Assembly: GCA_013287965.1 (NCBI GenBank)
Contig: JABDCU010000009.1
Span: 1-59,811 of the forward strand
DNA: 59,811 nt
Direction of reading: 5' to 3'
From: Candidatus Omnitrophota bacterium
Lineage (GTDB): Bacteria; Omnitrophota; Gorgyraeia; Zapsychrales; Fredricksoniimonadaceae
Shown: positions 1-9,865 of the stretch, in pieces
How positions within the stretch are numbered: the stretch's first letter is position 1
Layout of the letters: every line of letters begins with the position of its first letter
Notes under the pieces: generated by a model
What the model was told of the DNA's origin: nothing
Database searches by the model: none
Seen by the model: only the letters and a program-made list of their open reading frames with translations
Made by a program: the position numbers and the translations under genes

Positions 1-1
1 C

Positions 2-526
2 TCCGACATCGTCGGGATCGCCATGGTGCGCGTGTTGTCAGCCGTAATGACGGGCATTATTGTATCCGGCCGCATCGGGGCGTCTTTTGGGGCGGAGCTA
101 GCGATGATGCAGACAAACCAGGAGATCGACGCGTTTAAAACGTTGGGTGTTTCTCCTGTTGAGTTTTTGGTCCTGCCGCGCGTCCTGGCACTGGTCATGA
201 TGATGCCGGTCCTGACCATATACGCGGATTTTATGGGTGTATTAGGAGGCTTTCTTATCAGTGTCGGGATGCTTAACCTTAATTCCGTGGAATATTTGAA
301 TCATACCCAGCATGCCCTGAAATTCAGTTATGTGTGGATCGGACTTATTCACAGTTTTGTTTTTGGTGTGATCATTGCCATTGCCGGGTGTCTGCGCGGC
401 ATTCAGTGCGAACGGGACGCGGCTGGTGTGGGAAGGGCAACTACTTCGGCAGTGGTTACCGGGATCACCGGTATTGTCATTGCAACCGCGATCATCACAT
501 TTATTTGTCAGATATTGGGGGTCTAA
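2..526 (+). CDS. mlaE: MlaE-family ABC transporter permease (5' partial)
   Basis: Frame open from window start; GRIGASFGAELAMM..EIDA motif, LVLPR, GVGRATTSAVV; followed by ATPase and MCE genes. Confidence 0.9.
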   Translation, partial: SDIVGIAMVRVLSAVMTGIIVSGRIGASFGAELAMMQTNQEIDAFKTLGVSPVEFLVLPRVLALVMMMPVLTIYADFMGVLGGFLISVGMLNLNSVEYLNHTQHALKFSYVWIGLIHSFVFGVIIAIAGCLRGIQCERDAAGVGRATTSAVVTGITGIVIATAIITFICQILGV

Positions 527-529
527 GCG

Positions 530-1285
530 ATGGACCCCACCATGCGGCCGGTGATCGAAGTGCTCGATCTTGATCTGGGGTATACCGGCCACACGGTGAT
601 GCGTGGTCTTAATTTTAGCGTGAATAAAGGCGATATTTTTATTGTCATGGGAATAAACGGATGCGGCAAGAGCACCTTGCTCAAAAGCCTGATCGGTCTT
701 AATGCGCCGACTAAGGGTAAGGTTTTATATTCCGGAAAGAGTTTTTGGGAGGAAGATGAAAAAGGGAAAAAGGATATTATGCGGCGTTTCGGGGTCCTTT
801 ATCAAGACGGAGCGCTTTGGAGCTCTTTGACAGTAGGGGAGAATGTGGCGCTTCCTTTACAATTATATACAAAGCTATCCGACCAGCAGGTATGGGAAAT
901 AGTATCGTTAAAACTTTCGTTAGTGGGCTTGGAAGGGTATGGGGATTTTTTTCCTGGGGGAATAAGCGGAGGCATGCGTAAACGGGCGAGCCTTGCACGG
1001 GCCATTGCCCTTGACCCGGATATTATTTTTTTTGATGAACCGTCAGCCGGGCTTGACCCCATCAACGCGCGAAAGCTTGATGACCTGATCCTTGAACTAA
1101 GGGATGGTTTGGGTGCCACGATAGTTGTCATTACGCACGAACTGGCCAGTATCTTTGCCATCGGGAATAATTCCGTATTTCTTGACGCAGAAAGTAAAAC
1201 CATGATCGCAGCCGGTGACCCCAAGGGGCTATTGGCTGGTTCTAAAGATCCCAGGGTCATCCGATTTTTAACGAGAGGGAATTAA
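530..1285 (+). CDS. mlaF: MlaF-type ABC transporter ATP-binding protein
   Basis: Walker A GINGCGKS, signature ISGGMRKR, Walker B FFDEPSAGLDP, H-loop VITHE. Confidence 0.9.
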   Translation: MDPTMRPVIEVLDLDLGYTGHTVMRGLNFSVNKGDIFIVMGINGCGKSTLLKSLIGLNAPTKGKVLYSGKSFWEEDEKGKKDIMRRFGVLYQDGALWSSLTVGENVALPLQLYTKLSDQQVWEIVSLKLSLVGLEGYGDFFPGGISGGMRKRASLARAIALDPDIIFFDEPSAGLDPINARKLDDLILELRDGLGATIVVITHELASIFAIGNNSVFLDAESKTMIAAGDPKGLLAGSKDPRVIRFLTRGN

Positions 1286-1288
1286 AAA

Positions 1289-2005
1289 ATGAGCAGAAAG
1301 GTCAATAAAACAGCGATCGGGGTATTTGTGGTCGGGGCCATGGTAATGCTGATGGTAGGGATAGCGGTTTTTGGTTCAGGGGAACTTTTTAAACGGACGA
1401 CTAAATTTGTTTTATACTTTGACGGTTCTGTTAAAGGTCTTTCCGTAGGGGCACCGGTGATGTTCCGAGGAGTCAGTATCGGTACCGTCAAAGACATCAG
1501 CCTGATCTATGACCCAAAGGCCGGGACCATCATGCTTCCTGTCATTGTCGAGATTGAACAGGACCGTATCAAAGGGGCCCCCTGTTTTGGGGCATTGGGT
1601 GTGGACAAGAAGATGATCGCATTGGGCCTTCGCGGGAAACTTGAAGTGCAGAGTTTTCTGACCGGCCAGCTGATGATCTCATTCGATTTCTATCCGGATA
1701 AACCGGTGAAACTCCGCGGTATCCTCAAAGAGTATCCTGAGTTGCCCACCCTTCCCACTTCTCCGGATATTTTTGAGATCATGGATGAAATACCGATCAA
1801 AGAGATCACAAAAAACCTGGAGTCTGCCACCCAGGGGATCAATCGATTGGTCAATTCAAGCGACCTGCAAAGGAACCTTTACGAAATGCATAGTACATTG
1901 CAGGAGACGACACAGGCTATGCGTTCTGTCAGTTTGCTTACTGAATATCTTGAGCAGCATCCGGAAGCTATTTTAAAGGGAAAATCCGTTATTAAAGGAG
2001 AGTAA
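1289..2005 (+). CDS. MCE/MlaD (PqiB-like) substrate-binding protein
   Basis: N-terminal TM helix; MCE motif FDGSVKGLSVGAPVMFRGVSIGTV; C-terminal LEQHPEAILKGK. Confidence 0.88.
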   Translation: MSRKVNKTAIGVFVVGAMVMLMVGIAVFGSGELFKRTTKFVLYFDGSVKGLSVGAPVMFRGVSIGTVKDISLIYDPKAGTIMLPVIVEIEQDRIKGAPCFGALGVDKKMIALGLRGKLEVQSFLTGQLMISFDFYPDKPVKLRGILKEYPELPTLPTSPDIFEIMDEIPIKEITKNLESATQGINRLVNSSDLQRNLYEMHSTLQETTQAMRSVSLLTEYLEQHPEAILKGKSVIKGE

Positions 2006-2006
2006 G

Positions 2007-2627
2007 ATGAAGCAGATCAAGGTCAAATCCTGTTGGGGTCCAGGCGTTGTGTGCCTTACCTTGGTTTTAAGCGGGTGCATATCTACGTCCATTAGTCCGA
2101 CACCGCGTTTTTATATGCTTCAGGCTATCAATGGAGACCAATCAAGTAAAAAAATAGATATTGCTCCCGGCATGCTTATTGGCATCGGGCCTGTCAAGAT
2201 CCCGGAATATCAGGACAGGCCGCAAATAGTGACCCAGCGCAAAGAAAATACTCTTAAATTTGCTGAATTCGACCGCTGGGGAGAACCTCTTGACCTGGGG
2301 TTGGCGCGTTTGATCAGGGAGGACCTCACGGTCATGCTTCCCGGGGGAAAATTTACCTTGTACCCTTGGAACCCGTCCACTCCGGTTAAATACCAGGTGG
2401 CCGTGGAAATTGTCCGATTGGACAGTGAACTTGATCGTGACATGTTCCTTGCCGTGCAATGGATGGTCATTGATGTGAAAGACCTGAAAACACTGATCAT
2501 CAAAAGGTCCGAATTCCGTGCAGCCGTCATCCCGCAGGATTACTCCGGTTTAGACAAGACGTTAAGCACGGCTTGTGCGTCGCTAAGCAGCCAGATCGCT
2601 GAGGCACTGGCAAAACTTGAAACTTGA
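2007..2627 (+). CDS. PqiC-family ABC auxiliary lipoprotein
   Basis: Lipobox LSGC; GPVKIPEYQDRPQIV and DRWGEPL motifs; operon position. Confidence 0.85.
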   Translation: MKQIKVKSCWGPGVVCLTLVLSGCISTSISPTPRFYMLQAINGDQSSKKIDIAPGMLIGIGPVKIPEYQDRPQIVTQRKENTLKFAEFDRWGEPLDLGLARLIREDLTVMLPGGKFTLYPWNPSTPVKYQVAVEIVRLDSELDRDMFLAVQWMVIDVKDLKTLIIKRSEFRAAVIPQDYSGLDKTLSTACASLSSQIAEALAKLET

Positions 2628-2642
2628 TCCAACATGGCTCCG

Positions 2643-2686
2643 TTATACCTTGGTACAATTGATTCTTTTTTGACCATCCCTAGGAT
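2643..2686 (+). promoter_or_regulatory. Conserved operator + sigma70-type promoter, copy 1
   Basis: TTATACCTTGGTACAA, then TTGATT(2659)-N16-TAGGAT(2681). Confidence 0.8.
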
Positions 2687-2738
2687 AACAACAAGGAAGA
2701 TGTCCGTATAAACCAATAACGAGAAAAGAAGGTGTGCT

Positions 2739-3404
2739 ATGAAAGTAAATTACTTAAAGTTGTTTTTCGTCATGACAGCAGGGATCTTACTTGCTGGTAT
2801 CTCTGCGTTTGCGTCTGTTCCAGTACCAACGGTAAGCCAGGTGCCGGGAAGAGTGATGTGGGTGGATGTTAAGCTCGGGACAATGCAGATCAAGCTTGAT
2901 CAATCCTCCGGTTCAGGAGAAAAAAGAGAATACAGGATCACCCGCTATGAAACCCGCGTCAAAGATCCTTCGGATAAAAAGTTCCTCACCATTGATGATC
3001 TGCGGCCCGGTGAATATGTCACCCTTGACGTGATCGATGGCCAGGCAGATAAGATCATTGCCAAGATCGTTGCTGAATCATTGCAGGCGGCTGATTTTCA
3101 GGTGGCTTCCGGCCAGATCCAAACCATTGACGGGCAGGCAGGAACGCTCACCTTGCAAGAGAAGATGCGCAATGGTGTCCAAGAAGAGAGTAATCTATCG
3201 AGTTTTATCTTTGATCCCAATAATATCGTTGTTCTGCAAAGCCCCAGCATTCAGCCGGTGGCATTAGTACTGAAGCCTGGTGATTCAGTGCAGGTCCAAT
3301 TTGTGCTAAAAGATGAAAAGCAACAAGTATATTCCATTACGTTGTATGCACCACAGCATACAACGACAACCACGGTCACAACAACAACCAGCAGCACACC
3401 ATAG
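2739..3404 (+). CDS. Secreted hypothetical protein with two beta-rich repeats and a Thr-rich tail
   Basis: Signal peptide; two similar units (LRPGEYVTL / LKPGDSVQV); C-terminal TTTTTVTTTTSSTP; SD-like GAAGG upstream. Confidence 0.7.
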   Translation: MKVNYLKLFFVMTAGILLAGISAFASVPVPTVSQVPGRVMWVDVKLGTMQIKLDQSSGSGEKREYRITRYETRVKDPSDKKFLTIDDLRPGEYVTLDVIDGQADKIIAKIVAESLQAADFQVASGQIQTIDGQAGTLTLQEKMRNGVQEESNLSSFIFDPNNIVVLQSPSIQPVALVLKPGDSVQVQFVLKDEKQQVYSITLYAPQHTTTTTVTTTTSSTP

Positions 3405-3504
3405 AGGTCAAGATGATGGACCAAGATTCAGATTGCTGGAGCCATTTGTGGCAGCTTATCAAGGCCAATGTCTTACGATTATTGGGTGACGCCAGGAGAG
3501 ACCT

Positions 3505-4443
3505 ATGAAGAAAATCTTTATAGTGGCGGGTCTGATCGTTATTGGCTTAGTGGGCATCGCCTTTGTTAAAGACCAGGTCATTAAGTCCGTGGTAACAGCC
3601 ATCGCTTCTAATGTCACAGGAGCACCGGTACATATGGATGGTTTTTCAATGGATATTTTCAGCTCAACCATCCATATTACCGGATTTAAAATGGGTAACC
3701 CCAGCGGCTTCCCGGAAGGGGTTCTGGTATCCTGCCCTAAAATAAACGTCATCTATGACAGTGCTTCCCTATTAAAGCAGGACCCTCATTTTTTACTGGT
3801 GGAGGTTGAGCTCAAAGAAATGGTGCTTACCAAGAACAAAGCAGGCAAGCTTAACGTTGATTCGTTAAAAATAGTGCATCCGTCTAAGTCTGCTTCATCT
3901 ACCCCCATGCGGATAGATCTTCTTAATTTAAGCATCGGCAAGATCGTGTACAAGGATTATACGAATGGCCCGGAACCCAGCGTTAAGGTTTTTGATATTA
4001 ATGGGCACAAAAGTTATAAACGGGTTCCCACGGCCCAGCAATTAGCCTTACTGGTGCTTGCAGAGCCCATGAAGGCTGCCGCGATCAAGAATGCTGAAAT
4101 CTATGGGGTTGCCATGTTCACCGGTGTGGCCATGCTGCCTATTGCTGTAGTGGCAACCTTTACAAGCAAAGACAGCGTGGAGCAGGTTGTTGATGCCGGT
4201 TTTGAACACACGTATGAGATCAGTCTTGAGGTAGTAAAGCGCATGGGAACAGTGACTGAACAGGATGAGTCAGGTGGGGCGATCAAAGCCAAGATCAACG
4301 GGTCCACGGTTGCTCTTATACTTAGGAAGGCTGAAGGCAATAAAACCGAAATAACCATTTCCGCACGAAAATACATGCTTCCCCAGCCGGATATCGCTGG
4401 AGGGGTTTTGTATCAGGTCCTTGATAAACTGCAATCCTCTTGA
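3505..4443 (+). CDS. AsmA-like N-terminal domain protein with a C-terminal DUF3568-like domain
   Basis: SD AGGAG; N-terminal TM; AsmA-type GFKMGNPSGFP beta segment; domain calls by eye. Confidence 0.6.
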   Translation: MKKIFIVAGLIVIGLVGIAFVKDQVIKSVVTAIASNVTGAPVHMDGFSMDIFSSTIHITGFKMGNPSGFPEGVLVSCPKINVIYDSASLLKQDPHFLLVEVELKEMVLTKNKAGKLNVDSLKIVHPSKSASSTPMRIDLLNLSIGKIVYKDYTNGPEPSVKVFDINGHKSYKRVPTAQQLALLVLAEPMKAAAIKNAEIYGVAMFTGVAMLPIAVVATFTSKDSVEQVVDAGFEHTYEISLEVVKRMGTVTEQDESGGAIKAKINGSTVALILRKAEGNKTEITISARKYMLPQPDIAGGVLYQVLDKLQSS

Positions 4444-4491
4444 TTATTTTAAAGACCGCAATTTTATCCGTCGATAAATTCAAATCCGGCA

Positions 4492-4535
4492 TTATACCTT
4501 GGTACAATTGATATTATTTCGCCGCTGCCTAGAAT
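4492..4535 (+). promoter_or_regulatory. Conserved operator + promoter, copy 2
   Basis: TTATACCTTGGTACAA, then TTGATA(4508)-N16-TAGAAT(4530). Confidence 0.8.
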
Positions 4536-4593
4536 AAGACCATTGAATCAACAATTTTAGTGATCAAGTACAACCTAAATGGAGGTAGTTCAA

Positions 4594-6744
4594 ATGAAGC
4601 GAATACTTTTTTCCACGTTTTTTGTTGCTGCTGTTGTGGCGGCTTGGTGCACATCAGCCTTTGCTGCGGCGGAGACCATTACCCGTACCGGAGGCGGAGG
4701 TAACCCCTATTCCTCTGAAGCAACCGGTCAGGCTGCGGGTTACTTTATGGCGGATGTAGGTGCTTCATATACCTTGAAGCTCACCAACGGTTTTCCTAAT
4801 ATTTTTACCAACAACTCAGCCGGCCCTTACATCAGTGCCGCTGTTGACACCGACACGGCTAGTTTTGCCAACCTCCTATTTGATACTGGCGACAACGCGA
4901 ACGTGTATGGGACCATTGGTGCTTCAAATCAGTTTTTAGACATCACCCTTACCGGTAGCGCCTCAGTTAATTTTGATGGGACGGTTAATACCACCACGAT
5001 GCATGTCGGAACCGGTACAGCGGACTTCTCAAGCGGGACCACGAACGTCGTATCCGGAGGCTCAACTTTTACTGGTGCTGCTGGTACCGGCACGATTGAT
5101 CTTGAAGCGAATACGGCATTCACAGGCGCTATTACGACCACGACGTCCGGTGCGGGCACGTTGGTGCTCAATAATAATACTACAGTGACTGGCGCAGTCG
5201 GCGGAACTGAGATTGGGGCGATCACCCTTCCCGGGACACTTGTTGACACAACAAGTCCAACCATCATTGGCGCGGTGAACGCCTTTACCTATAATCTGGG
5301 GGTAAACAGGTTGAATGTCCACGGTGCCCTAACGACCGGAGCAGGTGGGAATATCAATACGAGCCTGGCCAGCACGGCGATCTACGGCAACATCGCAGCA
5401 ACGGGAGCCTCAACTTTGGGAACAGCTTTCGTAGTCAATGTGACTCCTTTACAGTTGGTTGACATCCCGGCCGGGACCACGTTTTCTCTCGTCACAGCTC
5501 CGTCCGGCAATGCCCCTGCTGGGACAGTCACATCTTCCGGTGGTTTTACGTTCACCGTTGCGACCCTCGCCGGTCAGTTAACAATAACATCAACAGCCGA
5601 CATACCGGCAGTAATACCACCGGTAGCTGCTGCGGTGGCACCAGCAGTACTAACCATTACTAATCCGTCTCCTGGTTTCGCAACGGTCCAGAATTCAATC
5701 CTTGCTCTCAGCACCCAGGCGGCCGCCTCAGCGCTTGAACAGCTTAGCCCTTTGACTCCGGCTTTGGTAGCGCCTAAGGTGACATTCGAAGGGGCCAGGG
5801 AGTCTCAAAATCTTTGGTTGTCCCGCTTAGACATGTGTGATCAGTTCAGCAGTTTTTATAAAGATGATCCAAGCTGTCAGGAAAACAACCCGCAAAGCGG
5901 TTGGTGGACGAAAGGTTTCGGATATTTTGGTCACCGGAATGACAGGGGAGCCTTCCCAGGCTATGACTCCGTTATTGCCGGTGGCATGATCGCTTACGAT
6001 GTGCCCCTTAATGCTGACACGCGCGCGGGCTTAGGTCTTGGGTATACACGAAGCATCATCAATGGCAAAGAGTTCCGGGATCAGACTACTTTTGACAGCT
6101 ATCGGCCGACGGTCTATATCGGCCATGAGCAGGGGCCATGGTACGTTGATGGCAGTGCGTCATTTGGCTGGAACCAGTATGTAGGCACGCGGGACATTTC
6201 GTTTCCGGGTGTAGCTCGTAGGGCAAACGCCAAGTATGCCGGACAAGATTATACAGCTTATATTAACACAGGGTATCATATTGCCGCTCCCGCGAAATTC
6301 ATCGTGACACCGCTGGTATCGCTTCAATACAGCCGTGTGAACATGAATGGCTACACGGAAACAGGTGCCGGTGATATTGATCTGCATGTGAAGCCCCAGG
6401 GTTATCATTTTCTCGAGTCAGGCTTGGGAGCGAAGGTGGAGCGCCCCTTTAGCTTTCATAAGTGGACAATTATTCCTGATCTGCATGTCAAGTGGTTCCA
6501 TGATTTCATCAACCCGACGATGAAGCAGACGGCGGTGTTCACCACCCAAGGCGCGTCAGCGTTTACAACGCCGGGGTTAAGGACGTCCCGTGAGACCTAT
6601 GATGTCGGTACCGGCCTCACGCTCCTTTCGTGCAAATGCACCAAGAAGTACGATTGGTCGATCGCGGCTGATTACGATTATTTCTGGCGGAGTGACGGTT
6701 ATTCCGCCAATCAGGCGACACTGAGGTTTACACTTAATTTCTAA
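4594..6744 (+). CDS. Autotransporter (type Va) with Gly/Thr-rich beta-helical passenger
   Basis: SD GGAGG before ATG 4594; signal peptide; G/T/N-rich passenger; Pro/Ala linker; barrel (WTKGFG..., ends LRFTLNF). Confidence 0.88.
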   Translation: MKRILFSTFFVAAVVAAWCTSAFAAAETITRTGGGGNPYSSEATGQAAGYFMADVGASYTLKLTNGFPNIFTNNSAGPYISAAVDTDTASFANLLFDTGDNANVYGTIGASNQFLDITLTGSASVNFDGTVNTTTMHVGTGTADFSSGTTNVVSGGSTFTGAAGTGTIDLEANTAFTGAITTTTSGAGTLVLNNNTTVTGAVGGTEIGAITLPGTLVDTTSPTIIGAVNAFTYNLGVNRLNVHGALTTGAGGNINTSLASTAIYGNIAATGASTLGTAFVVNVTPLQLVDIPAGTTFSLVTAPSGNAPAGTVTSSGGFTFTVATLAGQLTITSTADIPAVIPPVAAAVAPAVLTITNPSPGFATVQNSILALSTQAAASALEQLSPLTPALVAPKVTFEGARESQNLWLSRLDMCDQFSSFYKDDPSCQENNPQSGWWTKGFGYFGHRNDRGAFPGYDSVIAGGMIAYDVPLNADTRAGLGLGYTRSIINGKEFRDQTTFDSYRPTVYIGHEQGPWYVDGSASFGWNQYVGTRDISFPGVARRANAKYAGQDYTAYINTGYHIAAPAKFIVTPLVSLQYSRVNMNGYTETGAGDIDLHVKPQGYHFLESGLGAKVERPFSFHKWTIIPDLHVKWFHDFINPTMKQTAVFTTQGASAFTTPGLRTSRETYDVGTGLTLLSCKCTKKYDWSIAADYDYFWRSDGYSANQATLRFTLNF

Positions 6745-6805
6745 ATGATTTTTTCTCCCGGGAGTCGGTGACTACGGCCTAGGAAGCAGTTAGTTGCCTC
6801 TTCTT

Positions 6806-6843
6806 TCTACCCGTCTTGTGTTTCTTAACACAAGGCGGGTAGA
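6806..6843. terminator. Strong hairpin after the autotransporter, possible terminator
   Basis: TCTACCCGTCTTGTGTT-tctt-AACACAAGGCGGGTAGA, 17 bp stem with one G:T pair; no clear plus-strand U tract. Confidence 0.55.
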
Positions 6844-6963
6844 GACATTATCCTTGTATGGTAGGAGCTAAAAGCCTATCATGATGATGTAAAGTCCTTC
6901 TTCATAATACCCTGACTGCTGACAGTAGGGAAAGCAATGTATTTTACAAAAGGTGGGAGTTAA

Positions 6964-7326
6964 ATGTCAGCAAATATCTATATTGTGGATGACGACGAGT
7001 CAGTGTGCCGCGCGCTCAAGACCCTCTTAATGACGTATGATTTTGAAGTAAAAACATTTAATTCGGCCCAAGGTTTTTTTGATAACGTGGCCCATGATGC
7101 TCCCGGCTGTCTGCTTCTTGACATCCATATGCCGGGGACAGACGGGTGGGAAGTCCAGCGCAAGATCCTTGCCTCCGGGTCGACCCGTCCGGTCATTTTT
7201 ATTTCCGCCGAGAAAAAAGACAATGCTTCTGTCCGCGCGCTACAGGTAGGGGCGGTGGGTTTCTTGCAAAAACCCGTTAACGGCCAGACCTTGGTGGACA
7301 TGATCAATGGCGCGTCAAAAAATTGA
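6964..7326 (+). CDS. Single-domain response regulator (FixJ-like receiver)
   Basis: IVDDD, LLDIHMPG, FLQKP. Confidence 0.9.
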   Translation: MSANIYIVDDDESVCRALKTLLMTYDFEVKTFNSAQGFFDNVAHDAPGCLLLDIHMPGTDGWEVQRKILASGSTRPVIFISAEKKDNASVRALQVGAVGFLQKPVNGQTLVDMINGASKN

Positions 7327-7339
7327 CAAAGGGCTATCA

Positions 7340-8848
7340 ATGAAAAAGAAAATAATTGCCGTCACACCAAAGAAGATGAAAAAGCCGTTATTGAAAAAAA
7401 TATCCCGCATCAATCTGGAAGGACAGATCCGTCTGCTGACACGTGATTTGAACGTCATAAAAAGGCAATTAAAGCGAGGGGTCAGCAGGGAGAAGCTCTC
7501 CAAAGAGAAGTTCCGCGGGGAAGTGACCCAGGGCGTAAACAGGGAGAAATTAGGGGCAGATAGAGAAAAGCAGGGAGCAGATAGAGAGAGGCTGGGGGCG
7601 GACAGGGAGAAGCAGGGGGCTAACAGGGAAAAATTAGGGGCAGGCAGGGAAAGGCTTGCGGAAGAGCAATTTCGTTTGCAAACAGATGAAATAGAATTAA
7701 AAGACGGGCAATTAAGGGAAGGGGCAGACAGGGAAAAGCTTGCGGAAGAGCAAATACATATCCGTACTAAAGCGATGGAAGCTACATTCGACGGCATTTT
7801 TATTATCGATGCCCTGAAGCCGGATTTCCCTATTATCTATGCCAATCCGTCTTTTTACCATCTTACCGGTTTTACAAAAAATGAGGTCATTGGAAAGAAT
7901 TATTTCCTGCTTTATGGGGTTGTTGATAATTTGCACGCCCTGGAAGAAATAAAACAAGCCCTGCTTCAAGGAAGGTCTTTTCAGGGGGAGCTGCTCAATT
8001 CCAAGAAAAACGGCGAAAAGTTCTGGAGTTTACTGCGGATAACCCTGGTGCGTGATAAGAATGGGACCGTCACTCATTATGTGGGTAATAAAACAGATAC
8101 CACATTGATGAAACAAAGGAATTTAGAGATCGAAGAACAGCGTGAGGAGCTTTTGCATGTGACACGGGTCGGGAAACTCGCGGAATTTGTCTCGTCTTTG
8201 GCCCATGAGATCAGCCAACCCTTGACCGCCATCCTTTCTTATGCTCAAGCGGCCCAGCGTATGTTAAAGGACAGGGAGCCACAACTGCAGGAGGTCTTGC
8301 AGTATATTATCAATGATGACCAGCGGGCAGCTGAAGTTATCCGCCGCTTAAGGTATTTGTTAAAAAAGAGCAAGCCCACCTTTGAGCTTCTTGATATCAA
8401 TACATTGATCAAAGACACCATTACGCTGATGATGCCCCATATCACGGCAAAGAATAAAGTGATCAAATTCGAATCAGGCAGTAACCTTCCATCTATCCAG
8501 GGGGACCGGATACAATTGCAGCAAGTGCTCCTGAACCTTATCAGTAACAGTTTGGAAGCAATGGAGTCGAGCAATGATTCTCGTGAATTGGTGATCAGTA
8601 CATGCCTCAAGGATGCCGGGACGATCATGGTGAAGGTTAAGGATTCAGGATGCGGCATTCCGGAGGAAAATAAACTTAAGCTCTTCGGTCATTTTTTTAC
8701 GAGCAAGCCGGATGGTTTAGGCATGGGATTGTCTATCAGCCGTTCCATTGTGGAGGCGCATGGCGGCCGCCTGGAGGCAGAGAATAACCCGGATCGCGGG
8801 GCCACTTTTTATTTCACCGTTCCGGTTTATATGAAGAAAGGCCAATGA
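7340..8848 (+). CDS. Cytoplasmic PAS sensor histidine kinase (FixL-like) with heptad-repeat N-terminus
   Basis: PAS IIYANPSF..LTGF; H-box LAHEISQPL; N-box QVLLNLISNS; G-boxes DSGCGI and GLGMGL; no TM; start could be 7307. Confidence 0.9.
   Translation: MKKKIIAVTPKKMKKPLLKKISRINLEGQIRLLTRDLNVIKRQLKRGVSREKLSKEKFRGEVTQGVNREKLGADREKQGADRERLGADREKQGANREKLGAGRERLAEEQFRLQTDEIELKDGQLREGADREKLAEEQIHIRTKAMEATFDGIFIIDALKPDFPIIYANPSFYHLTGFTKNEVIGKNYFLLYGVVDNLHALEEIKQALLQGRSFQGELLNSKKNGEKFWSLLRITLVRDKNGTVTHYVGNKTDTTLMKQRNLEIEEQREELLHVTRVGKLAEFVSSLAHEISQPLTAILSYAQAAQRMLKDREPQLQEVLQYIINDDQRAAEVIRRLRYLLKKSKPTFELLDINTLIKDTITLMMPHITAKNKVIKFESGSNLPSIQGDRIQLQQVLLNLISNSLEAMESSNDSRELVISTCLKDAGTIMVKVKDSGCGIPEENKLKLFGHFFTSKPDGLGMGLSISRSIVEAHGGRLEAENNPDRGATFYFTVPVYMKKGQ
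7538..7663 (+). repeat. Six imperfect 21 bp tandem repeats encoding (N/D/G)RE(K/R)(L/Q)(G/A)(A/E)
   Basis: e.g. aacagggagaaattaggggca / gatagagaaaagcagggagca / gacagggagaagcagggggct. Confidence 0.85.
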
Positions 8849-9465
8849 ATACTTCCATCATCTATATTGTTGATGACGACGCCTCGATATGCAAGGCCAC
8901 GTCCTTATTGTTAAGGTCGAACGGCTTTATCGTTGAGCCCTTTGTCCAGGCATCTGATTTCTTGGCTTTCAAGCATCTTAAGATGCCCGCATGCCTGCTT
9001 TTGGATATCCGCCTTCCTAATATCAACGGGTTTGCCCTTCAGGACATCATGGCCCAACAGGGGATCATTATTCCTATTATTTTTATGACCGGATATGGGG
9101 ACATTCCCATGAGCGTCAAAGCGATGAAGGCGGGGGCGGTCGATTTTCTGCCTAAGCCTTTTACTGAAAAGAAATTAATTGATGCCATCACACTTGCCCT
9201 TTCAAAAAGCAAGGTCCAGAATAAAAAACAAGCCGAGGTAGCAAAAATAAAGCAACGCGTTGACACCCTGTCACCGCGGGAATTGGAAGTTTTTCATTTT
9301 GTGGCCCAGGGAATGATGAATAAGAACATCGCTTCAAAGCGGGGGACTTCCCTGCAAACCATCAAGGTCCACCGCGGCAGGGTCATGCAGAAAATGCAGG
9401 CTAAAACCGTGACCGAACTCATCCACCTTGCCCAAAAAGCAGGCATCACTTCCGCTACAGTCTAA
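8845..9465 (+). CDS. FixJ/StyR-family response regulator (REC + LuxR HTH)
   Basis: IVDDD, TGYGDIPMSVKAMKAGAVDFLPKP, LSPRELEV...TIKVHRGRVMQKM; ATGA overlap with the kinase. Confidence 0.92.
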   Translation: MNTSIIYIVDDDASICKATSLLLRSNGFIVEPFVQASDFLAFKHLKMPACLLLDIRLPNINGFALQDIMAQQGIIIPIIFMTGYGDIPMSVKAMKAGAVDFLPKPFTEKKLIDAITLALSKSKVQNKKQAEVAKIKQRVDTLSPRELEVFHFVAQGMMNKNIASKRGTSLQTIKVHRGRVMQKMQAKTVTELIHLAQKAGITSATV

Positions 9466-9483
9466 TATCTCAAGCAAAGATAA

Positions 9484-9714
9484 TTACGGCACGACAATGG
9501 ACGTCAGGCTGATGTTCTTATTATTCCTGACCACGGTCGCTGTTTGGACCATCTGATAAGCATTTTTTGAAGAAGGAGCCATGTTCGGGCCATTCAAGAT
9601 CACATGTGCCGGTATGGTGACAGAAAGATGGAATGTTGTAGTCGCGCAATAGGCAGGTATGCTTTGCAGGAAGATAACGGTTGTAAGTGCCAACAGGATG
9701 AAAAGTCTTTGCAT
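9484..9714 (-). CDS. Small secreted hypothetical protein
   Basis: SD GGAGG before MQRLF; signal peptide ending PAYC-A; beta-rich mature part. Confidence 0.55.
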   Translation of the reverse strand: MQRLFILLALTTVIFLQSIPAYCATTTFHLSVTIPAHVILNGPNMAPSSKNAYQMVQTATVVRNNKNISLTSIVVP

Positions 9715-9775
9715 TTCGTCCTCCAACTTAAATATAACATATATTCCTTTTCTTTGCCATCCACGTGGGTATTTA

Positions 9776-9819
9776 TTATACCTCGGTACAATTGATTCGT
9801 TTGGACGTGTCCCTAAAAT
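9776..9819 (+). promoter_or_regulatory. Conserved operator + promoter, copy 3
   Basis: TTATACCTCGGTACAA, then TTGATT(9792)-N16-TAAAAT(9814). Confidence 0.8.
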
Positions 9820-9865
9820 ATGAATATGCAGGTAAAAAATTTACTGACTTAAGGAGCGTGACCAG

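Noticed and set aside
6750-6960. Possible riboswitch (c-di-GMP-I or fluoride) upstream of the response regulator
   Set aside because: Only fragmentary resemblance; the conserved cores could not be identified by eye
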